Assembly: GCF_000219355.1 (NCBI RefSeq) | Contig: NC_015722.1 | Coordinates: forward strand, 690,001 to 722,000 | Length of the DNA: 32,000 nucleotides | Direction of reading: 5' to 3' | Origin: Candidatus Midichloria mitochondrii IricVA | GTDB taxonomy: Bacteria; Pseudomonadota; Alphaproteobacteria; Rickettsiales; Midichloriaceae | Part shown: one piece after another, positions 24,823-32,000 of the stretch | How positions within the stretch are numbered: the first letter of the stretch is position 1 | Layout of the letters: each line of letters starts with the position of its first letter | Notes under the pieces: model-generated | The model's database searches: none | The model's input: the letters and a program-made list of their open reading frames with translations, nothing else | What the model was told of the DNA's origin: nothing | Program-made: the position numbers and the translations under genes

Positions 24823-26967
24823 ATGGATCAAACTGCTCATTATATTGAAAATTTAAATAAAGAGCAAAAAGAGGCGGTAGAAAATTTAGATGGCCCATTG
24901 TTAGTTCTTGCTGGTGCTGGAACCGGTAAAACTAGGGTTTTAACTACAAGAGTTGCGCATATATTAAAACAGGGGAAAGCTTTGCCTGGACAAATACTGG
25001 CTGTGACTTTTACTAATAAAGCGGCTAAAGAGATGACTAATAGAATTGAAGCTTTGGCCGGCAGCTCTATACATTGGTGTGGAACTTTTCACTCACTCTC
25101 CGCAAAGATTCTAAGACAAAACGCTACTAGAATTGGTTTTTCCTCAAGTTTTACTATTATTGATATCGACGATCAAACCAGACTTATCAAGCAAATTTTA
25201 AATGATTATAATATAGATGAAAAAAGTAATCCCGCTAAACTATTAGCTCACATAATAGGAAGATACAAAGATAAAGGTTGGTTACCAAACCGCGTTCCTG
25301 TTTCAGAAGAATGCCAGTTTGCAAGTGGTATGGGTATCACTTTATATTCAGAATACCAAAGAAGGTTGCAACTTTTGCAGGCTATGGACTTTGGTGATTT
25401 GATATTATGGACGATAGAACTATTTAATAACAACCTAGATGTACTGGAGCATTATCAAAGGAAGTTTAAATATGTTTTAGTTGATGAATACCAGGATACC
25501 AATGTGTCTCAGTATCTATGGTTGAGGTTATTGGCTCAGGGTAACAACAATATATGTTGCGTCGGAGATGATGATCAATCTATATATGGGTGGCGTGGAG
25601 CTGAAGTTAAGAATATTTTACGTTTTGATAAAGATTTTTCGGAAGCTAAAGTTATAAGGCTGGAACGTAACTATAGATCAACTCCTTCTATACTGAATGC
25701 TGCCAGTGAATTAATTTCAAATAATAGAAATCGTCATGGTAAGAAGCTTTGGACAGAGGGCATAGGTGGCGACCCTGTTAAGCTTAGTATTTTTTATGAT
25801 GATAAACGGGAAGCAAGAGAAATAGCAGATGAAATAGATGCCAAAAATAGGCTTCATAATGTTCCTTTTTGCAATATGGCAATTTTAGTTAGAGCCGGTT
25901 ATCAAACTCGAAGTTTTGAAGAAAGTCTTAATTACATGAAAATTCCTTATAGGATACTAGGCGGAGCAAAGTTTTACGATAGAGCTGAAATAAAAGATAT
26001 GCTTGCTTATATGCGTCTTTTGCAAAATAACGACGATAGTCTTGCTTTTGAAAGAATTATTAACACCCCAAGAAGAGGCATCGGAGATGCTACGGTCTCT
26101 GAAATCAGGCAATATGCTAAAGAACAAGAAGTCTCAATGTTTGCAGCTGCGAATCATTTAATCGAAAACTCCTTAATTAAAGGAAGGGTTGCTTCCGCTA
26201 TTGCAGAGTTCATAGGTAGGTTATCTACGTGGACTGATCACCTCAGTACTTTAAATCATATTGAAGTTGTTGAAAGAGTCTTGGAAGAGAGCGGCTATAA
26301 AGAAATGTTAAAGGCTCAGGAGCGTGAGGAGGCTAAAGATCGACTTGATAATATAAAAGAGCTAATTAGAGGAATGGGCGAATTTTCTTCCTTAGCTGAT
26401 TATTTAGAGCATGTCAGTTTAGTCACTGATAATGATTCGATAGCTGATGAAAATAAAGTGAATATACTAACCATGCATGCGGCTAAAGGCCTGGAGTTTG
26501 ATTTAGTATTTTTACCAGGCTGGGAGGAAGGTATATTTCCAAGTTCTAGGGCTGCTTCGGAAAATAATGGCAGTGCGTTAGAAGAAGAAAGGAGGCTTGC
26601 TTATGTCGCAATAACCCGGGCTAAAAAGCATTTGCATATATCATATGCATGCAATAGAAGATTGTTTGGTACTTATCAATCAAGTGAGAGTTCTAGATTT
26701 ATAGATGAGTTACCTCAGGATAGCTATGAAATTATTAACAATTTCAGTAATCAGAATCGCTTTGACTGTAATAACTTCGATTATAATAGCAAGTTTAACA
26801 AACCATTTATTAATAGAAAGTATGGAAAAAGCGCCTTGTATAGGCCAGAGCAAACAGAAGAAGACAGTGGCTCATTAAAATATGGTCAAATTGTAGTGCA
26901 TAAAAAAATTTGGAAAAGGCAGGGTTTTAGCAATTTTGGAAGGCAATATAGCGCAAGTAATGTTTGA
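24823..26967 (+). CDS. uvrD: UvrD/PcrA-family ATP-dependent DNA helicase, with the C-terminal ~35 aa shifted out of frame by an A7 run
   Basis: Helicase motifs are present: LAGAGTGKTRVLT, TFTNKAAKEM, VDEYQDTN, GDDDQSIYGWRGA, NYRS, TMHAAKGLEFD and EEERRLAYVAITRAK. After the A7 run (26902-26908) the annotated frame gives IWKRQGFSNF... The -1-nt reading gives the conserved tail HKKFGKGRVLAILEGNIAQVMFDACGFKKISMEFLEML*, ending at 27015 in a TAATG overlap with uppS. Confidence 0.9.
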   Translation: MDQTAHYIENLNKEQKEAVENLDGPLLVLAGAGTGKTRVLTTRVAHILKQGKALPGQILAVTFTNKAAKEMTNRIEALAGSSIHWCGTFHSLSAKILRQNATRIGFSSSFTIIDIDDQTRLIKQILNDYNIDEKSNPAKLLAHIIGRYKDKGWLPNRVPVSEECQFASGMGITLYSEYQRRLQLLQAMDFGDLILWTIELFNNNLDVLEHYQRKFKYVLVDEYQDTNVSQYLWLRLLAQGNNNICCVGDDDQSIYGWRGAEVKNILRFDKDFSEAKVIRLERNYRSTPSILNAASELISNNRNRHGKKLWTEGIGGDPVKLSIFYDDKREAREIADEIDAKNRLHNVPFCNMAILVRAGYQTRSFEESLNYMKIPYRILGGAKFYDRAEIKDMLAYMRLLQNNDDSLAFERIINTPRRGIGDATVSEIRQYAKEQEVSMFAAANHLIENSLIKGRVASAIAEFIGRLSTWTDHLSTLNHIEVVERVLEESGYKEMLKAQEREEAKDRLDNIKELIRGMGEFSSLADYLEHVSLVTDNDSIADENKVNILTMHAAKGLEFDLVFLPGWEEGIFPSSRAASENNGSALEEERRLAYVAITRAKKHLHISYACNRRLFGTYQSSESSRFIDELPQDSYEIINNFSNQNRFDCNNFDYNSKFNKPFINRKYGKSALYRPEQTEEDSGSLKYGQIVVHKKIWKRQGFSNFGRQYSASNV

Positions 26968-27015
26968 CGCGTGTGGTTTTAAAAAAATATCTATGGAATT
27001 CCTTGAGATGCTGTA

Positions 27016-27714
27016 ATGCGTAACAAGTTAATTATTCCGAACCATATGGCAATTATTATGGATGGCAATGGTAGGTGGGCTAAACAGAGGATGATTCCTA
27101 AGAGATTAGGACATAGACAAGGTATGGTTACTGCTGAAAAGATTGTTGAAGAATGTAAAAAAATTGGAGTAAATTATCTTACTTTGTACGCATTTTCCCT
27201 TGAAAATTGGTTAAGAAAAGATGAAGAAGTTAATGATTTAATGCATCTTTTGCGAGATTATTTGAACAATCGCATCGGAGAATTAGTCGATAGTGGTATC
27301 AGATTGATTTTCATAGGAAATAGAAAGTTGTTGCCTACTGATATACAGCAAAAGATGGTAGAAGTTGAGAATATATCGAAGCAAAATGCCTTTACTCTCA
27401 TTATGGCAATCAGCTATGGAGCACGGGACGAGATTCAAAGGGCTGCTTATAATATGGCTGATTATATTGTGCATAACAAAATCAATGAAGTGCCTAACGA
27501 TATGTTTGAACGTTTTATTAATCCTTTTAATATACCAGACCCTGATCTTTTAATTCGAACTAGCGGAGAGCAGCGCTTAAGTAATTTTTTATTATGGCAA
27601 CTTGCCTATAGTGAGTTATACTTTATTGAAAAATTTTGGCCGGATTTTGATAAAAATGATTTGTTAAAGGCTATAGAGGATTTTACCTTGAGAGAAAGAA
27701 GATATGGCAAGTAG
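27016..27714 (+). CDS. uppS: undecaprenyl-diphosphate synthase (isoprenyl transferase)
   Basis: Motifs are HMAIIMDGNGRWAKQR, LTLYAFSLENW and IRTSGEQRLSNFLLWQLAYSELYF. Confidence 0.93.
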   Translation: MRNKLIIPNHMAIIMDGNGRWAKQRMIPKRLGHRQGMVTAEKIVEECKKIGVNYLTLYAFSLENWLRKDEEVNDLMHLLRDYLNNRIGELVDSGIRLIFIGNRKLLPTDIQQKMVEVENISKQNAFTLIMAISYGARDEIQRAAYNMADYIVHNKINEVPNDMFERFINPFNIPDPDLLIRTSGEQRLSNFLLWQLAYSELYFIEKFWPDFDKNDLLKAIEDFTLRERRYGK

Positions 27715-28448
27715 TACGAGAATATCCACAATAATAAAAAAATTTTTAAAAGCTGACATTTTAAAGAGATCTTTATCAGCACTGATACTTCTGCCGCTCT
27801 TTTTGTTTGCACTGTATGAAGGCAGCTTACTTTATAGTATTTTAATTATAGGGCTAGGATCTATTGTAATCTATGAGTGGTTTTCTATAGTCTACAAAGC
27901 CAATATTATTAAGCCAAGACAAAAATATAAATGGTACGTTTTGGGCATCATATGTGCTCTCCTTGCGATCATATCTATGCTATTTTTGAGGAACCAGCCC
28001 AGCATCGAACTTGCTTTTGATTATAAATTGCTACTCTGGATATGTATTATAGTTTGGACTACTGATATTGCCGCTTATTTTGTCGGTATAACAGTAGGTG
28101 GACCTAAAATATTGCCAAAAGTTAGTCCCTCAAAAACTTGGTCAGGTTTTTGTGGGGCCTTGGTATTTTCAGTTTTAAGTCATGAAGTTGCGATCAGGAC
28201 CTTAGTAAATGAGCTCTTTAATCCTAAAAATCAACATTCTTGTCGCATGGAGCGTGGTTATTTTAACGTCGCTCATCGCGCAAGTAGGAGACTTTGCCGA
28301 ATCGGCATTTAAGAGACATTTTCAAGTCAAGGATAGCAGTCACATCATACCAGGCCATGGCGGAGTAATGGATAGAATGGATGGCTTGATAATGGTTTGT
28401 ATAATATGGTTTATTGTATTTATTTTATCTATAATTTTTAATTTTTGA
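27704..28448 (+). pseudogene. cdsA: phosphatidate cytidylyltransferase, split by a single +1 frameshift (or a consensus error)
   Basis: ORF 27704-28312 has the TM-rich body plus SPSKTWSGFCGAL. ORF 28209-28448 has the CdsA signature GDFAESAFKRHFQVKDSSHIIPGHGGVMDRMDGL. The frames must join between 28212 and about 28235, where there is an A5 run (28226-28230). Removing one A gives ...LVNELFNPKINILVAWSVVILTSLIAQVGDF.... Confidence 0.85.
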
Positions 28449-29608
28449 TGCAAAAAGAAGTTCTAATACTTGGCTCAACTGGATCCATAGGAGAAAGCAC
28501 GTTACGCGTTATAGATCAACACTCTGATAAATTTAAAGTTAAAACTCTAATTGCTAAATCTAGTATAGATAAATTAGTAAAGCAAGCTAGGCATTACTTG
28601 CCGCAAAATGTAGCGATCAGCGATAAAACTGGTTACAAATCTTTGAAAAAAATGTTATCTAACCTTCCAAGAATCAATGTTATAAGCGGAGAAGAAGCTA
28701 TTAATGATCTTCTAAAAGAGCAATATGACGTTACTATAGCTGCAATTGTTGGTATGGAATGCCTTCAGCCAATAATAAAAGTTATACCGAACACTAAAAT
28801 ACTTGGCCTTGCCAATAAAGAAAGTATCGTGTGTGCAGGCAGCCTTTTAATGGATTTTGCTAGAAAGCACAATACTAAGATTATACCAGTAGATTCTGAA
28901 CATAATGCAATATTTCAAGTTTTTGAAAAAAAAAATGCCATAAAAATTAATAGAGTTATATTAACTGCTTCTGGTGGGCCATTTTTAAATAGATCGATTG
29001 AAGAAATGAGAACAGCTAAACCGAGTGATGCGGTCGCTCACCCGGTCTGGAGCATGGGAGCCAAAATTTCTGTTGATTCTGCAACTCTTATGAACAAGGG
29101 ATTGGAATTAATTGAAGCCCGTTACCTTTTTGATATTGAACCCAGCAGATTAGAGGCAGTAATTCACCCTCAGGGCTTAGTACACGGCTTAATTGAATAC
29201 GCAGATGGTTCGATGTTGGCTCAAATGTCGTTGCCGGATATGTGTACTCCTATTTCTTCAGCTTTAAATTATCCAGAAAGGCTTGATATTAAGCACCGAA
29301 AAATAACTTGGGAAAAGTTATCATCAGTACAATTTTTTACTCCAGATGAAACAAAATTCAAGTGTTTAAAACTAGCTAAGGACACACTAAAAAGCGGGCA
29401 GGGCAGGTGTATTCAATTGAATATGGCGAATGAAATTGCTGTTAACGCTTTTTTAAACAGCGGCTTACCATTTCTAAAAATTCCAGAAATAATAGAAGAA
29501 GTCTTAAATAGCATCTCTAATCTCTCAATAAAAACTATTGAAGACGTTTTTGCCGCAGCGCAAGGGGCGGGCGCTAAAGCTGCTGAGGTTTTGCTAACAA
29601 AATTATAG
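28445..29608 (+). CDS. dxr: 1-deoxy-D-xylulose-5-phosphate reductoisomerase
   Basis: Motifs are ILGSTGSIGESTLRVI, LANKESIVCAG, PVDSEHNAIFQ, ILTASGGPF, HPVWSMGAKISVDSATLMNKGLELIEA and IHPQGLVHGLIEYADGS. Confidence 0.94.
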   Translation: MMQKEVLILGSTGSIGESTLRVIDQHSDKFKVKTLIAKSSIDKLVKQARHYLPQNVAISDKTGYKSLKKMLSNLPRINVISGEEAINDLLKEQYDVTIAAIVGMECLQPIIKVIPNTKILGLANKESIVCAGSLLMDFARKHNTKIIPVDSEHNAIFQVFEKKNAIKINRVILTASGGPFLNRSIEEMRTAKPSDAVAHPVWSMGAKISVDSATLMNKGLELIEARYLFDIEPSRLEAVIHPQGLVHGLIEYADGSMLAQMSLPDMCTPISSALNYPERLDIKHRKITWEKLSSVQFFTPDETKFKCLKLAKDTLKSGQGRCIQLNMANEIAVNAFLNSGLPFLKIPEIIEEVLNSISNLSIKTIEDVFAAAQGAGAKAAEVLLTKL

Positions 29609-29789
29609 TGGTCATTAAGCAGTAGATTAATATTGTTTTTTGGAGGTTAATGCGAAAATATTACAGATAACTATTGACGTAATTTAGCAAGGATTATAGT
29701 ACACTTTAGTGTTATGCAATAACTTAATTAGAAAATAACATAAAAGATTATTCGAGGTAAAATGTTTTCACTGCGGTAAATTATAATGT

Positions 29790-30720
29790 AGCTTCTGGCC
29801 CCATGGAATAAGCAGTTAGTGATTTCAATAAGGATGGTGAAATTGATATAGCAAGTGGTAACGCCCAGTCAGAAAACATTTCAATACTGTTAGGGAATAG
29901 AAATGGAACTTTTAATCCTGAAAACGTATTATAGCGGAGAAAGTAGTACCTATGAAGTAGCCATAGTTTAGTTAGCAGTTGTAAATTCTTCAGGTAGAAT
30001 CGCAGTACTGATTGGAAAAGGTGATGGCACATTTTATAGTGTAGTAAACTATAGTGTGGCTACGGCTCCTTTTGGAGTGGCTATTGGAGATTTCAATGGA
30101 GATGGAAAATAGACAATTTCTGTATTAGGCAACGGAGATGGAACTTTCCGAGCAGCAAAGGACTATAATGCTAATAGCGGTCCTGTACAAGCTGTTGTAT
30201 ATGATCTAAACAGCGATAATAAATTAGACATAGTGGTCACACACTATAGGCTACCATTTCTGTGTTATTGGGTTAACGGGTACAGTACCTTTTAGATGCC
30301 TATAGCTTATGGCAGTGTGGGCAATGAACCACATGGAATATCTATTAGTAGACACATCCACCAATGGGGATGGCAAGGTAGACATAGTTAACGCTAATTC
30401 ACGTTCAAGCAATATCTCGTTATTAATTAGGAAATGGAGATGGAACCTTCCAACTAGCGGTATCATATGGGATTGGTTGGGGCACGAGGATTAGTGATTG
30501 CAGATTTTAATGGCGATGGCAGACCTGATATAGCTACTGCTAACCATGAATCAAACACTATATCCATACTACTGAATATTGCAACGTGGCCTAACTACAG
30601 CTAGCACTCTCACCACCGCAACTACAGAGCTGGCTTCTACTTTTTTAACAACTCCAACTTCAAGCCCTCATACACACCCACAGAGGACCAGCAACTGCTT
30701 CATCTTTATGCACCCCCCCC
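29790..30720 (+). pseudogene. second decayed FG-GAP/VCBS-repeat protein with a Thr/Pro-rich linker (paralog of 8374-9160)
   Basis: Several frames carry VSDFNKDGEIDIASGNAQSENISILLGNRNGTF, RIAVLIGKGDGTFYSVVNYSVATAPFGVAIGDFNGDGK*, ISVLGNGDGTFRAAKDY...VVYDLNSDNKLDIVVTH, LGNGDGTFQLAVSYG and GLVIADFNGDGRPDIATANHESNTISILLN. These are followed by TTASTLTTATTELASTFLTTPTSSPHTHPQ. Confidence 0.6.
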
Positions 30721-31062
30721 TTTATCAAGAGTGAAATCCTCATGTATTTTGTACATTAACCCTTTGTTGGTACTGTAAAGACTATTATTTATGGTAAATA
30801 TAGCCTAGAATACGAAGAAGGAATTTTAACCCAAGCTGTTGTAGGTGAACCAATCAGCAACATTCCTTTAGTTTTATGTGGGTTCTGGAAAAATTGGTTG
30901 TGATGATCAGGAAAATTGTGCTATACCAACTCTTACTACTCCAGATTTTGGGTTTTGCATCTACGGTGATCTTAGCATTATAGAAAACGTTAGAAACTCG
31001 GGGGACCGTTCAAGCTGTTGAGTAGAACCGCTTATAAATCCTAGAGCAATACCTAAAGAATT

Positions 31063-32000
31063 TTACTTTAATAAAGGTGACCATGCGGGGTCGGACGCAT
31101 CGGTTTCAACAGAAATTAAACGCTCATTGTAGCCTGTTACGTCAATAGAATAAATATTGCTAGTTCCATCTGGCTTCTGCCTAGTAAACATTATAACTCT
31201 GCCATTTGGCGACCAAGTGGGGCCTTCATCAAGCCAGCTTGTAGTTAAGAGCCTCTCTCCACTGCCATCAGGCCTCATTACCCCTATATAAAATGTCCCA
31301 CCTTCAATTTTGGTAAAGGCTATGAAATCTCCTCTTGGAGACCAAACCGGAGTTGCATAGGTACCGCTTCCGGAGCTTATTTTTGTTATATCGGAGCCAT
31401 TTCTATTCATAATATAAATTTGTCCTCGGCCTGCACGGTCAGAATTGAAGACTATTTTACTACCGTCTGGCGAATAAGAAGGGGAAGTATTAATTGCTCC
31501 TATATCACGGGTTAGCTTAGTTGTTTTTCCATCTTCTAAGTTAATTTCAAAAATATTGGTAGAGCCATAATTAGCAACTGACATGATTGCGTAGTTGCCG
31601 TCGGGAGAAAAGCGCGGTGAAAAGGAAATACCTTTAAAATGACCAACCAACCTTTGCCACCCTCTCTCTATATCTAATATATAGACATGCGGTACCTTAT
31701 GCTCATATGACATATAAATTGCTCTTTGGTTTTTAGGATCAAACCTAGGAGTCAAAACTAGGTGCTTACCATCTGTTAACAATTTAAAATTTGCTCCATC
31801 TTGGTCCATAATGGCTAAGCGCTTTTTTGTATTCTTGCCTCTACCTAGATGAGACACAAACAGGATCCTAGTATCAAAATAGCCGCTTTCTCCGGTCATT
31901 TTTTGGTAAATTCTATCTGCTATTTTATGTGCTAACCTTCTCCAAGATTTCTTTTGCACCTGATAGGACATTCCTTCAATCACGGCTTCTTTATACGGGT
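31063..32000 (-). CDS. tolB: Tol-Pal system beta-propeller protein TolB (N-terminus beyond window end)
   Basis: Repeated propeller blades are visible: PRFSPDGNYAIMS, PSYSPDGSKIVFNSDRAGRGQIYIMNRNGSD, PVWSPRGDFIAFTK and PTWSPNGRVIMFTR. The N-terminal domain stretch is IADRIYQKMTGESGYFDTRILFVS. The reading frame stays open to position 32000. Confidence 0.9.
   Translation of the reverse strand, partial: PYKEAVIEGMSYQVQKKSWRRLAHKIADRIYQKMTGESGYFDTRILFVSHLGRGKNTKKRLAIMDQDGANFKLLTDGKHLVLTPRFDPKNQRAIYMSYEHKVPHVYILDIERGWQRLVGHFKGISFSPRFSPDGNYAIMSVANYGSTNIFEINLEDGKTTKLTRDIGAINTSPSYSPDGSKIVFNSDRAGRGQIYIMNRNGSDITKISSGSGTYATPVWSPRGDFIAFTKIEGGTFYIGVMRPDGSGERLLTTSWLDEGPTWSPNGRVIMFTRQKPDGTSNIYSIDVTGYNERLISVETDASDPAWSPLLK

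Overview
This is an AT-rich alphaproteobacterial chromosome segment that looks Rickettsiales-like and host-associated. All homology calls come from motif recognition by eye; no searches or statistics were run. Core genes recognised: pccB (partial), rpoH, a fliL-fliM-DUF6468-like-motE-like flagellar block, recN (broken), murB, anmK, glmM, galU, a UvrD-type helicase, uppS, cdsA (broken), dxr and tolB (partial). There is also an ankyrin-repeat protein and tRNA-Ala(GGC). Directly 3' of the tRNA lies a gene graveyard of about 7 kb (roughly 2.0-9.4 kb) made of decayed mobile-element or ICE-type cargo. It holds a DnaA_N/HTH replication-initiator-like pseudogene, a 5'-truncated group II intron (HNH tail plus domains V/VI) and a Dam-class methyltransferase pseudogene. 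It also holds a SpoT-like HD hydrolase pseudogene, a TraD(Ti)-like remnant, IS1-family and IS982-like remnants, and an FG-GAP/Thr-rich surface-protein remnant. That surface protein has a second decayed paralog at 29.8-30.7 kb. The most unusual signals are: (i) paired, mutually compensating frameshifts that put conserved motifs of recN and the spoT-like gene into short out-of-frame islands; (ii) +1 frameshifts at short A-runs in cdsA, uvrD and a small secreted ORF; (iii) a four-gene ORFan operon (10.55-13.55 kb) ending in an HExxH zincin-like protein. No CRISPR array, rRNA or intact defence or secretion system was seen. The ORFan operon is the only candidate for something undescribed, and the evidence for it is thin.
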